This document shows, one piece after another, positions 10,631-19,715 of a DNA stretch of 42,821 nucleotides. The notes under the pieces were generated by a model, which had not been told where the DNA came from, ran no database searches, and saw only the letters and a program-made list of their open reading frames with translations. Each line of letters starts with the position of its first letter. The first letter of the stretch is position 1. Both the position numbers and the translations under genes were made by a program. The stretch is from a virus (Duplodnaviria > Caudoviricetes): the IMG/VR virus record IMGVR_UViG_3300032257_000254, positions 1 through 42,821 of that record; one strand, given 5' to 3'.

Positions 10631-11157
10631 TACTTATCTTTCCTATGAGGCGGAGTTAAAGCTCTCTCACCAAACCACCAAGTAACCGCTGTAGTGAATG
10701 AGAATACAATACTATATATTACATATCTCACTATATCAGTACGGTCTGTTATGCTCAGGTACTTATTAAGGTCATTAGAGCTAACTAAGGAATAGAATAT
10801 ATAAGTAGTCATAAGACCTAAACCTACTGTGAGGAATGGTCTAAAGAGTTTAAGTATAGCTATAACCCACTTATAGGTTGCCCCGATTTTGGACTCAGCC
10901 TGAATAGAAGTATCTAAAGCATTCCATGATCCTTGCTGCTGTATTATAGCGGATTCCTGCTCATGCTCCATAGCATCCTTATCCATCTGAAGCTTAAAGA
11001 GATTATCTTCTCTCTCCCACTTTAATAGCTCAAACTGCCTATCGGCCTCTAGCTTCTTAGCTTCTTCTTTAGCCTTAAACCAATTAGTAGCAAAAGCAAA
11101 GATGCCACCTAAGAGTCCACCTGAACCTGCACTTAATAACCCTGCTAAGATCTCCAT
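10630..11157 (-). CDS. Holin-like membrane protein (N-terminal hydrophobic segment, coiled coil, two C-terminal TM helices)
   Basis: Adjacent to the endolysin. Start more likely at ATG 11157 (GAGGG RBS) than at 11187. Hydrophobic segments LLSAGSGGLLGGIFAFA, FLTVGLGLMTTYIFYSLV and YVIYSIVFSFTTAVTWWFG. Confidence 0.65.
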   Translation of the reverse strand: MEILAGLLSAGSGGLLGGIFAFATNWFKAKEEAKKLEADRQFELLKWEREDNLFKLQMDKDAMEHEQESAIIQQQGSWNALDTSIQAESKIGATYKWVIAILKLFRPFLTVGLGLMTTYIFYSLVSSNDLNKYLSITDRTDIVRYVIYSIVFSFTTAVTWWFGERALTPPHRKDK

Positions 11158-11546
11158 AATTCCCTCGCTAGTGACCCAGAGTACCATCGCCTATTAGGTC
11201 TTATATCTGTATGAATGAATGTCTGGTAGTAACCAAACGTAGTAAATCCTGCCGCCCTTAGAGTATCTAATAGCTCGTGCTTATTATGGCCTCTTAGAGA
11301 TATATCAAATGCTATCTTCTTATGTTGAGACGATGGAGTACCACCGACCTTTAAGTTGTGAAAGTAACATCTATGAGCACTATTAATAGTGAAAGGTCTA
11401 TTAGCCGCTGCTCTTGCCCTCTGTAGCTGATCCAAAGACGTAGGATCATGCCAATACTCTCCACAGTGGGGGCAAGAGAGTTCTTTAAGTGAGAAGTTAG
11501 GCCATCTCCAGGCTCCTTGGTACTCACTATAGTGAGAATAGAGCAT
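11145..11546 (-). CDS. Endolysin, peptidase M15A family (Zn D-Ala-D-Ala carboxypeptidase-like)
   Basis: Motifs NFSLKELSCPHCG, INSAHRC..HN..VGG...SQH, AFDI and FIHTD give the Zn ligands H, D, H. Confidence 0.9.
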   Translation of the reverse strand: MLYSHYSEYQGAWRWPNFSLKELSCPHCGEYWHDPTSLDQLQRARAAANRPFTINSAHRCYFHNLKVGGTPSSQHKKIAFDISLRGHNKHELLDTLRAAGFTTFGYYQTFIHTDIRPNRRWYSGSLARELWRS

Positions 11547-11803
11547 TAGTGTGAGCCATTAAGTAGATGCTTAAAGTAAGTCCATAAAGCTAAACCTATA
11601 CCTGTAATTGCTGTGATCGCAGCCCAGCCATAGACATGCCCTTTAACATTCTCCATACGCACCTTAGCCCTAGCTTTATCTTTCATTTGCTGCTCTACAA
11701 ACTCATGCTGTATCCTATGGCTCTCTGGATCCATCCAAGATTTCTCCTGCAAAGTCTTAGTTAGTACCTCTTGTAGCTCTTCTTTTGATATACCTTCAGG
11801 CAT
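11546..11803 (-). CDS. Single-TM membrane protein, holin/antiholin candidate (85 aa)
   Basis: C-terminal TM (VYGWAAITAITGIGLALWTYF), directly upstream of the endolysin. Confidence 0.55.
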   Translation of the reverse strand: MPEGISKEELQEVLTKTLQEKSWMDPESHRIQHEFVEQQMKDKARAKVRMENVKGHVYGWAAITAITGIGLALWTYFKHLLNGSH

Positions 11804-12095
11804 TACTTGCTCCTATGATTGCTATTGTTGGGATACTTGCTCCTAATTGCCAATATATAACATCCATTATAGATGCTACTCCAATCTTAAAAACCTTTTG
11901 GGCTATCTCTACAATAACTCCTACTAGCAATGTCCACAGGAGAGCAGCCAAGAGAGTAAACCCATTACCATAGCTAATACTAAAAGTAATAAGGCCACCA
12001 ATAAGGTGCAGGGATTTATCATATGGGAAAGCTTTGTGTATAGCTTCATCTAATCTGTACCTCAGTGCAAATAGCATAACTTGTAATGCTTCCAT
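11796..12095 (-). CDS. VanZ-like small membrane protein (99 aa)
   Basis: DK.LH...G, E..Q and S..D pattern with three hydrophobic segments. Confidence 0.5.
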   Translation of the reverse strand: MEALQVMLFALRYRLDEAIHKAFPYDKSLHLIGGLITFSISYGNGFTLLAALLWTLLVGVIVEIAQKVFKIGVASIMDVIYWQLGASIPTIAIIGASNA

Positions 12096-12106
12096 TGTTA
12101 TTATCC

Positions 12107-14347
12107 TTAGTAGGTAGTTAATACTCGATCTTCTAAAGTAAAGTACTCAGAGCCATCTCCGTATAGGCAGAGAGTTCCGTTTGATGTAGTAATAGTAGCT
12201 GTAGCGGAACCATCTATGGTCACAGGAGTAGGAGCTGTTCCAACTATAGTAGCCAAGTCTGAGGCAAGTGTTCCAGTTCCTGTTATAGTCCTAGTAGCTG
12301 TACCTGCTATTAATGCTACCTCAGATACTAAAGCACCAGTGCCTGTAATATTAGCAGTACCTGAGCCTACTATGGTAGCTAGCTCTGAGCTTAAAGCCCC
12401 AGTACCATTAACTGTTCTTACTCCAGTACCAGAGATAGTAGCAACCTCTGAAGCTAATGCACCAGTACCATTAGTATCTCCAGTTATACCTGAAGCATTA
12501 AAGTGGTCAGTGATCTGAGTACTAGTTAGAGCAGAGTCATAGATAGCACACTCGTCTAAGCCTCCCGCCAGTCTAAATCCTGTATTCGTACCGTCATAGT
12601 CGCCTAAAGTAACAATAGCATTATCATTATCTATGGCTCCGGTAGTAGGAGTTGTACCATCTACTACGCCATCTATATATATCTTAAGATTAGAGCCATC
12701 ATAAGTACCAACTATATGATGTGGATTACCATCAGCTATGTTAGTACTAGCATAAGCAACTATTGGAGTATTACCTATAAATAGAGTAACGTATGGATAG
12801 CCTGTAGTTATCTGTCCAGCATATAACCCATAGCATCTATTAACCCCATCATCCTTCTGTATTGCACAGTGGTACTTAGTATCATCAGATACCTGAACTA
12901 TGGCCTCAAGGCTTAAGTCTCCAGTAATCTGGAACACAGAATCATTACTAACAGTTATACGGTCATCAACACCGTCTAAGTCAATACTAGGATCAGGATC
13001 ATCTACTAATAGGCTAGCTGAGCCTAAGGTTACACCATTAGCATAAGTACCATCATTACCATTAATCTCTTCTACGGCATTAGTACCAGAGGTTTCTCCT
13101 AGTCTCCAATAAGCTACAGGATTATCTGATAGTACTTCTGCTGCATATCCTGTAAAACATTTACCAGAGATAGTAGCTACTTCAGAGGCTAAAGCCCCTG
13201 TACCTACAGAGGTTCTTACTGCTGTACCAGCAATGGTAGCTACTTCAGAATTGAGTGCTCCTGTGCCAGTTATTCCAGCAGAGGCAGTACCAGCAATTAA
13301 GGCTACCTCAGAGTCAAGTGCTCCTGTCCCTATAATTGCTCTCTCTGCTGCACCTGAGATACTAGCCAGTTCAGCAGTTAAGGCTCCAGTACCAGTAATA
13401 CCTAAAGAACCTTCGCCAGTTATAGTAGCAACTTCTGAAACTAAAGCCCCAGAGCCTACAACCTCACGCTCAGCTGTACCAGCCATTATAGCTACAGAAG
13501 CAGCTAAAGCTCCAGAAGCATTAGCAGTTCTAGTACCAGTACCTGAGACAGTTCCTACCTCTGATGCTAATGCACCTGAGCCTGTAACCCCAGAAGCAGT
13601 AGGAGTAATAAAATGGAATACTTCTTTCTCTAATAGTTGATGTGGATTCTCCCTTAAGCTAGCACAAGCATCAGAGCTTAGAGCTACTGAGTATAGCTCA
13701 AAGGTATCCATATGGCCAGCAAAGTAGTTAGCACTAGAATAGCGTCTACCTATCTGTAAACTCTGAGAGGCACTAACAATATTACCAGTACAGGAGACTT
13801 TAGTTCCTGCTACTCCATCAACTATAATCCATATATCAGAGCCATCATAGATAGCCTCTACCCAATGAAAATCCCCATCATTTATAGTAGTAGTATGAGT
13901 ACACTGCTTGACTGACCCAGAAGTATATACATCAAAGTATAATTGGTTATCGCTATATCTATAAAGACAGTACCCAGTACTAGTTTCCCAAGGCTGACCT
14001 TTACTACAAAAGTCCATAATATCAGTACCAAAGCCCTCTAAGGAAACTCTAGTTCTGATAGACATAGTATCTGAGGTAATATCTACATAAGAATTATTAC
14101 CACAATCTATATAGTCATTCGATTGGTCAAAGTGTAGTACTAGTCCTGGATCTACTAAGACATCCCAAGTAGCAGCCCCATTAAGAACACCAGTAGCTAC
14201 ATGACCTGTAAGGTCTGGAACCTCAGGAGCGAATACATTATACAGGTGCTTTAATAGAAGCCCTTCTGCATATGGATTAGCATGGTCTAAGCCAACTAGG
14301 GTGTTCGGTCTCTGAGTCCTTACCTTTCTAAGTAGATTATGTGCCAT
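12107..14347 (-). CDS. Tail fibre/adhesin with two LamG (ConA-like) domains and 21-aa repeats (746 aa)
   Basis: LamG motifs (PVAYWRLGE, HHIVGTYDGSNLKIYIDG, LDECAIYDSALT; FHWVEAIYDG...FELYSVALS) separated by GTGALxSEVATIxG repeats. Confidence 0.8.
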   Translation of the reverse strand: MAHNLLRKVRTQRPNTLVGLDHANPYAEGLLLKHLYNVFAPEVPDLTGHVATGVLNGAATWDVLVDPGLVLHFDQSNDYIDCGNNSYVDITSDTMSIRTRVSLEGFGTDIMDFCSKGQPWETSTGYCLYRYSDNQLYFDVYTSGSVKQCTHTTTINDGDFHWVEAIYDGSDIWIIVDGVAGTKVSCTGNIVSASQSLQIGRRYSSANYFAGHMDTFELYSVALSSDACASLRENPHQLLEKEVFHFITPTASGVTGSGALASEVGTVSGTGTRTANASGALAASVAIMAGTAEREVVGSGALVSEVATITGEGSLGITGTGALTAELASISGAAERAIIGTGALDSEVALIAGTASAGITGTGALNSEVATIAGTAVRTSVGTGALASEVATISGKCFTGYAAEVLSDNPVAYWRLGETSGTNAVEEINGNDGTYANGVTLGSASLLVDDPDPSIDLDGVDDRITVSNDSVFQITGDLSLEAIVQVSDDTKYHCAIQKDDGVNRCYGLYAGQITTGYPYVTLFIGNTPIVAYASTNIADGNPHHIVGTYDGSNLKIYIDGVVDGTTPTTGAIDNDNAIVTLGDYDGTNTGFRLAGGLDECAIYDSALTSTQITDHFNASGITGDTNGTGALASEVATISGTGVRTVNGTGALSSELATIVGSGTANITGTGALVSEVALIAGTATRTITGTGTLASDLATIVGTAPTPVTIDGSATATITTSNGTLCLYGDGSEYFTLEDRVLTTY
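12237..12469 (-). repeat. Four more 21-aa GTGALxSE repeats in the LamG protein
   Basis: Visible in the translation after the second LamG domain. Confidence 0.85.
13161..13582 (-). repeat. Seven tandem 21-aa (63-nt) repeats GxGALxSEVATIxG in the LamG protein
   Basis: Visible in the translation between the two LamG domains. Confidence 0.85.
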
Positions 14348-14352
14348 GAGAC

Positions 14353-14766
14353 TTAAGCGCTTCTAACTTCTTCGATAACCGCACCAACAGTGACAGTAGC
14401 AGCACCATTATTAACCATATATATCTTCTGTGCCTGAGGAGTACTAGGCAAAGGAAAAGTCTTAATAGCAGGATCAGTAACATTACAATCTAATGAACCT
14501 AAATGCCTAGCATGAGTACTATCAGCAGAATCAAACTCATCCGCAGAAGCAGCACCATCTGGGTCACCAGAAGATAATAACGTATATACATCTATAATAT
14601 CACCAGCAACAGGAGTACCTGCCATATCAGCCTTAACTGTTATGGAAGCATCTATGCAAGTAGCATCAAGTGTTACTAAATCTGATGTAGCATTTGAGCC
14701 AGTAGTAATAGCCTTAGTATTAGCAGACGCATGTACTACCTTAGTCTCTACTCTTGTTATAGCCAT
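14353..14766 (-). CDS. Putative structural protein (137 aa, beta-sandwich-like)
   Basis: Thr/Ala/Val-rich; in the tail/decoration cluster. Confidence 0.5.
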   Translation of the reverse strand: MAITRVETKVVHASANTKAITTGSNATSDLVTLDATCIDASITVKADMAGTPVAGDIIDVYTLLSSGDPDGAASADEFDSADSTHARHLGSLDCNVTDPAIKTFPLPSTPQAQKIYMVNNGAATVTVGAVIEEVRSA

Positions 14767-15179
14767 TATGTAGCCCTCGCTCTTGTTACTTCTCCGTCTC
14801 GGATTTCTCCGGATAGCCCAAGTTCTGCCGCTCTAGTAGCTGTAATCTTACGTAAATCCTTAATAGCTGAATAGGTAATACTACCAGCACCAAAGATCTC
14901 AGAAAACTTAGACATAACTAGATCATTATTTTTAAAAACCACTACTCGCTCAAAGTTTAGAATCCGATCTATCTCACTCAGGTTATCACCTCCCGCAGTT
15001 ACTATAGCAGCCCACTCAGTAGGATCAAACACATTATAGATAGCACTAGTAGCTAAGGTTTCGTGCTTACCTACTTTAGTTAAAGCGTTAAGTTCAGCAG
15101 CAACCTGAGCATCTGTCATAGGATCATACAGAGTAGGGTTACTAGCAAGCTCATCTCTAATAGTCTTAATTCTTCCCAT
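14766..15179 (-). CDS. Hypothetical protein (137 aa)
   Basis: GAGGT RBS; TAATG coupling to the next gene. Confidence 0.6.
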   Translation of the reverse strand: MGRIKTIRDELASNPTLYDPMTDAQVAAELNALTKVGKHETLATSAIYNVFDPTEWAAIVTAGGDNLSEIDRILNFERVVVFKNNDLVMSKFSEIFGAGSITYSAIKDLRKITATRAAELGLSGEIRDGEVTRARAT

Positions 15180-15189
15180 GAGATACCTC

Positions 15190-15639
15190 TTACTGTGCAG
15201 TCACGCCAGTAGGCGCACCAGGAATTGTTGGCAAGATCGTAGTCTTACCTAAGATAAGATCAGGAGTAGAGTATACGGACTTATTACCATTAGCATGTAT
15301 TACCTTAACAGCAATCTTAATAGTACCGTCAGGCATAGCAGGTAAAGCTGTTAAGTCCTGTTGAGTGATACCTATACCACCTAAAGTACTTGCTTCAGTA
15401 TAATCCTCTACTGGTACAGGGGAGCCAGCTACAGTACAGTTAGCAGTACAAGCCCAGGATATCTCATAACCAGAGATATCAGCTGGATCAAGAGGCTCTC
15501 CCCCTACATATGTATCTGGAGCTACCCATGATACAAAGTTAGTTACTAATGGAGTGCCATCACTCTGAGTCCAAGCAACTTCAGCGCTAACACTAAGACT
15601 AGATAAGGCTATAGCTATAAGGACAATTAACCTTTTCAT
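15190..15639 (-). CDS. Signal-peptide-bearing fibronectin type III-like protein (149 aa)
   Basis: Sec-type signal MKRLIVLIAIALSSLSVSA|; FN3-like motifs VSWVAP, ISGYEISW, GNKSVYS and PGAPTGV. Confidence 0.6.
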   Translation of the reverse strand: MKRLIVLIAIALSSLSVSAEVAWTQSDGTPLVTNFVSWVAPDTYVGGEPLDPADISGYEISWACTANCTVAGSPVPVEDYTEASTLGGIGITQQDLTALPAMPDGTIKIAVKVIHANGNKSVYSTPDLILGKTTILPTIPGAPTGVTAQ

Positions 15640-15648
15640 GTAAACCTC

Positions 15649-16014
15649 CTAGGTTGGGGCAGTATACGTAAGTGAGCTAACAGATACAGTATCACCAGCA
15701 CCAATAGTAGTACTAGACAGATTAATATCTGATGCGGTAGTAGCTACAGCACACTCTAAGCATTTATCAGCAGAGGAGTTTTCTATAGAAGCCTTAGTAA
15801 CTACACCACCAGTAGCACTAGTATCATCACTGATAGCAGCAAAAGTCAGCACAGCTCCAGAAACGGTACCAGAGACAGTAGATAAGGCTAAGGTAGCTAC
15901 CTCTACATCACCAGAGGTTCTAAATACTAAGTTACCCGCTGTACCAGCATCAATTTCGCCTAGTACAGCAGTAGCAATAGCTGTACGTACAGCTAATAGA
16001 TGAGACACGGTCAT
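15649..16014 (-). CDS. Small virion structural protein (121 aa)
   Basis: AGGAG RBS; Thr/Ser/Ala-rich beta protein (SDINLSSTTIGAGDTVSVSSLTYTAP). Confidence 0.55.
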   Translation of the reverse strand: MTVSHLLAVRTAIATAVLGEIDAGTAGNLVFRTSGDVEVATLALSTVSGTVSGAVLTFAAISDDTSATGGVVTKASIENSSADKCLECAVATTASDINLSSTTIGAGDTVSVSSLTYTAPT

Positions 16015-16016
16015 GA

Positions 16017-16187
16017 TTATTTCTCCTTATTACGGTTAGATTCTATATACTTCCAGTCTTCTTCTGAAAGCATATGGTGAAAGTCTTCATGGATATTATC
16101 CCAGTCATCGAACTTAACATTACCGTTAGGATCTCTTACTAGCATAACTCCTGATGTTTTACCTAGATTTGTAGTCATCTGATTCAT
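16017..16187 (-). CDS. Hypothetical 56-aa protein not in the ORF track (MNQMTTNLGKTSGVMLVRDPNGNVKFDDW...)
   Basis: Fills the gap between 16191 and 16014; AGGAG upstream; manual translation. Confidence 0.7.
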   Translation of the reverse strand: MNQMTTNLGKTSGVMLVRDPNGNVKFDDWDNIHEDFHHMLSEEDWKYIESNRNKEK

Positions 16188-16190
16188 AGC

Positions 16191-16427
16191 TTATACTCCT
16201 GTTATTGTAATAGTCCCTGTTCCGGACTCTCTATTTACATAGATTAAATTCTGAGGATCTGCTTCTATAGGAATGTATATAGTTACAGCCCCATTATAGG
16301 TAACTCTTACTACATTTATACCATTCTTGATATTACAGTTCTCTAAGGTATAAGTAGAGGTAGCTACATTAATTACATTGACACTCTGATCTTGCTGCCT
16401 AGAGTGTGGATTACTGAATCCACCCAT
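16191..16427 (-). CDS. Small structural protein (78 aa)
   Basis: Beta-rich; TAATG-coupled to the adaptor gene. Confidence 0.55.
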   Translation of the reverse strand: MGGFSNPHSRQQDQSVNVINVATSTYTLENCNIKNGINVVRVTYNGAVTIYIPIEADPQNLIYVNRESGTGTITITGV

Positions 16428-17038
16428 TATGCTCTACCTGTATCTACATTAGCTTCGTAAGAATCCATAGCATCTTTGACCAATATTCCTAGCTGGCCAT
16501 TAGCTACAGCTTGAACTAGATTAGCATTTTCTGTATTACCTATTGAAGTAAGAACTAATGTAGCAGCTAAGTCAGCAACTAAAGAAGGCATTAATTCTAT
16601 AATCCAATTAGTATCAGTATCAGCAGCCATAGCTGCCGGGTATGAATAATAACCAAAAAGAAGGGTACTAGATAGTACAGAGTTCCTTATATGCAATAAG
16701 GAGCCTGATGTATAACAGATATTAGTATCATCAGCAGTCTTTTTGAGTACTATAGATTCAGCACTTAAAGGCTTAATATGTGGGTTATTAGCAGGATCAG
16801 CATAAGATACATAAAGTACATGACGAAACCTAGCAGGCAAGGTTATAGACTGCACATAAGCAGTAGCCACTATACCATCAGCTACTTCTAAAGTAACCTC
16901 CTGTAAATCTTGCCAATATTTCCCTGACAGGCTAATGAGCCTTACGGCAGCATTAATCTTGCTAGCTTCTAAATCCGCCTTATCTGGGCGGTTAGTTATA
17001 GCGGCTACATCAGCCTTAATGTCAGAGAAATCAGTCAT
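16427..17038 (-). CDS. Head-tail adaptor protein (203 aa)
   Basis: MTDFSDIKADVAAITNRPD start, helical ends and beta core; located shortly after the capsid gene. Confidence 0.65.
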   Translation of the reverse strand: MTDFSDIKADVAAITNRPDKADLEASKINAAVRLISLSGKYWQDLQEVTLEVADGIVATAYVQSITLPARFRHVLYVSYADPANNPHIKPLSAESIVLKKTADDTNICYTSGSLLHIRNSVLSSTLLFGYYSYPAAMAADTDTNWIIELMPSLVADLAATLVLTSIGNTENANLVQAVANGQLGILVKDAMDSYEANVDTGRA

Positions 17039-17041
17039 GTC

Positions 17042-17353
17042 TTATACCTTTACCAGCTTACCGGATTCAACAAACTCTGCGAGGCATTCAATCTCAGCCG
17101 CATCCTTAGTATGATAACTATTAGCAATAAAGTTAATAGCTGTACCATCCTTCATTGCAGTATTAAAGCAGGAGTCTATAGACTCATAGAAGGTATAACC
17201 TTGCCCTTTAAGTTCCTGCATTTCCTTCTCGGCCTTTTCAATAGCCGCCATAGCAGCCTTAGCGCCCTCAGACATTTCGCCCTTAGCAATGTTACCCATC
17301 TTAGAGTCATTAGACTCTTTATTACCTAAATTCTTTAGTGCATTAGTAGTCAT
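17042..17353 (-). CDS. Capsid-associated hypothetical protein (103 aa)
   Basis: AGGAG RBS; directly after the major capsid gene. Confidence 0.6.
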   Translation of the reverse strand: MTTNALKNLGNKESNDSKMGNIAKGEMSEGAKAAMAAIEKAEKEMQELKGQGYTFYESIDSCFNTAMKDGTAINFIANSYHTKDAAEIECLAEFVESGKLVKV

Positions 17354-17410
17354 TGTAGTTCTCCTAAATTAGAACGATTAGTAGAAGACCTTCCCTGGTC
17401 AGAGTGATCC

Positions 17411-18616
17411 TTAAACGGCAGCAGTTAAGCCATTAACAACAGCACAGCCTGATGGATTCATGAACTCTGTAGCGAACTCAGAGAGTAAAGAACCACCCTC
17501 AGCATCTACACCAGAGTTAGAGCCATCAGAGGCGCCATTATAGTTCTCAGCCAGTACATCACGACCATCCATATAAGCAAGCTTCATAGAAGGCAGATCA
17601 CATACAACCATAAGACCATTAGCAGAGCGTGTAAGACCATCCAATAACGGATGTAACTTAAGCTTCATAGAGCCTCGATACATCTTGAAGTCTGTATACA
17701 TCATACCAAAGCTAGTCTCTTTCTGCTCAATATTGATCTGACCAAACAGATTACCAATAGCAGTAAGAACCTTCATAGCGGTAGAGTCACAGAAAGCCAC
17801 ACGAGTAGTAGCATCACCCAGAGAAGTCTGATTAGCGAATGCACCTTCTACTAGAGTAACCAACTGCTCATAGGTAGTAGTACTGGCAGCTGTACCAACA
17901 TTAGATGAGGCATGCTCATAGATAGCATCAATCAATCCCTGCGTAGCATGGATAGGAGGACTACCAGCAGGAGCCTCTGCTTGACCAAACAGAATCTGAG
18001 ACTCTAAGTCAATAGAGTGCAGCTGCATACAATCAGAGCGATTCTCTGCTACATTGCTATAGCCTGCTTCAGCATAGGATGCCTTAGCTGTACCAGACAG
18101 TGCCCAAGCATTACGTACAATAGACGTATAGTTAGGAACATGTACAGGAGTAATACTACGAGCAGCAGGACGGTTAGCAGCCTCACTAGAGACATTACCT
18201 ACAGCAAAGAGGATAGCATTATCTAAGATAGCACCAGCAGCTACACGACCAAAGCTACGAGAGATAGTCAACTGAGTAGCACTATCTACAGATACTACAC
18301 GTATATTCTCACGAGTGGCAGGAACCTGTAGAACCATACCAGCAACCATACCCGTAGTATCATCACAAACCAATGTAGTATCACCAGCAACCAGGTCAGT
18401 ACCATCATCTACTGTTACAGAGCCAAAGGTCATAGTTTTAGTGAAGTACCCATGGGTACTTGATTTAGCCTTGCTCTTGCCAGCTTCACCAGTCAAGGCA
18501 AAGATAGGAGCAGAACCATTAGGCCACTTCTTCAGAATAGTCTGAGCAAAGCTCTTCATATTCAGTTCTGTGGGGTTATAAGAGGTATAGAAATACCCAT
18601 TAGCATTAAAAGACAT
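17411..18616 (-). CDS. Major capsid protein (SU10-MCP/DUF5309-like, with inserted beta domain)
   Basis: 401 aa, follows the scaffold. Motifs PNGSAPIFAL, NYTSIVRNAWALSGT, DLESQILFG, TQGL and HPLL. Confidence 0.85.
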   Translation of the reverse strand: MSFNANGYFYTSYNPTELNMKSFAQTILKKWPNGSAPIFALTGEAGKSKAKSSTHGYFTKTMTFGSVTVDDGTDLVAGDTTLVCDDTTGMVAGMVLQVPATRENIRVVSVDSATQLTISRSFGRVAAGAILDNAILFAVGNVSSEAANRPAARSITPVHVPNYTSIVRNAWALSGTAKASYAEAGYSNVAENRSDCMQLHSIDLESQILFGQAEAPAGSPPIHATQGLIDAIYEHASSNVGTAASTTTYEQLVTLVEGAFANQTSLGDATTRVAFCDSTAMKVLTAIGNLFGQINIEQKETSFGMMYTDFKMYRGSMKLKLHPLLDGLTRSANGLMVVCDLPSMKLAYMDGRDVLAENYNGASDGSNSGVDAEGGSLLSEFATEFMNPSGCAVVNGLTAAV

Positions 18617-18639
18617 TATAGATCTCCTTCAGTATAAAG

Positions 18640-19389
18640 TTATTTGCCCTGCTCGAAATCATCCCAATTCATAGCATCTTGCTCGCGCTGTTGTGCTGGA
18701 GTTGGAGCAGCAGGATTCATAGTAGCGTTAAGTTGTGCCATAGCTTGTCTAGTCATATTAGCTACTTGATCCGGAGTTGCCATAGGATACTTAGCTTTAA
18801 TACTACTAGACAGATTACCAACAACCATATCAACTACAGGATCACCCGCACCGGGGATAGCCGCAGAAGTCTGCTTGCTAGTTATAGCATTATTAATTGT
18901 ATCAGGGAGAGTGGATGCTTGCACATCAAATTTAGAATCCATGACTCTATTACTTAAAAGGCTGGCATGAGACATAGACTGCGTATAAGCATTCTGTCCT
19001 ACAACCTGTAATAGTTCAGGTAAAGCTGTTAGATCACCGCCTTGAATCTTAGTTATAAGGTCAGGGGCTACACCAGAGGAGAAATCAATAGAGCTTGCTA
19101 TTTTAGAAAGAGCTTCAGGCTTAAGCAAGCCCTCTACATCTATGGCTTTAGGCGCATCGCCCTCAGCAGTTGAACCATTATCCACCAAAAATTGCATCGC
19201 GTCAAGAGAATTTATTTCTGGTGGCACATTGGATACAGAGGCAGGAGTTGGTGTTTGCATTATAGGTTGACCCTCTGCATTAAACACTGGCTGACCACTA
19301 GGATCAAGCATAGGTGCAGGCTCAGGGGCAGCATTAGGATCTGGAGCTGGTGTAGGAGGAGTACCTCCGAATAAACCTTCAATAGACAT
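18640..19389 (-). CDS. Capsid scaffolding protein (249 aa)
   Basis: Pro-rich N-terminus, helical body, acidic/aromatic C-terminus (MNWDDFEQGK); AGGAG RBS; precedes the capsid gene. Confidence 0.75.
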   Translation of the reverse strand: MSIEGLFGGTPPTPAPDPNAAPEPAPMLDPSGQPVFNAEGQPIMQTPTPASVSNVPPEINSLDAMQFLVDNGSTAEGDAPKAIDVEGLLKPEALSKIASSIDFSSGVAPDLITKIQGGDLTALPELLQVVGQNAYTQSMSHASLLSNRVMDSKFDVQASTLPDTINNAITSKQTSAAIPGAGDPVVDMVVGNLSSSIKAKYPMATPDQVANMTRQAMAQLNATMNPAAPTPAQQREQDAMNWDDFEQGK

Positions 19390-19459
19390 AGTATGTCTCC
19401 TTAAATTAGAATTAAATATAATAAATGATTAAACCAGAGAGTATTAGAGTTCTTAGCTA

Positions 19460-19700
19460 GTATCACCTCCCAAGGGAGGCATAGTCCCAAAAGAGTCAGC
19501 AGGGATGGTATTGTTGTCAGTAGGTGTGCCCCGAATTTCAGGGGACTCTAAGGCAAGGTCGGGCATGGCGGGTAGTGGTTCTCCGCCTGTCGGCTTGCGG
19601 CCTATGCTCCTTAGAGGCTTTGCCTCTTGGGGAGCGGCCTGTCCCTCTGGTGCCTGTCGGCCATTTCGAGGTAAGCGATATGGGTCTAAGAATAGGAGTG
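19460..19700 (-). ncRNA. Candidate structured RNA/DNA element (GC-rich hairpin island), overlapping a doubtful 87-aa ORF
   Basis: 75 of 120 bases at 19561-19680 are G+C; several stems (see findings). Confidence 0.45.
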
Positions 19701-19715
19701 CTGCGCTGGATATCA

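Noticed and set aside
12107-14347. Diversity-generating retroelement target
   Set aside because: No reverse transcriptase and no near-identical TR/VR pair; the repeats are protein-level tandem units.
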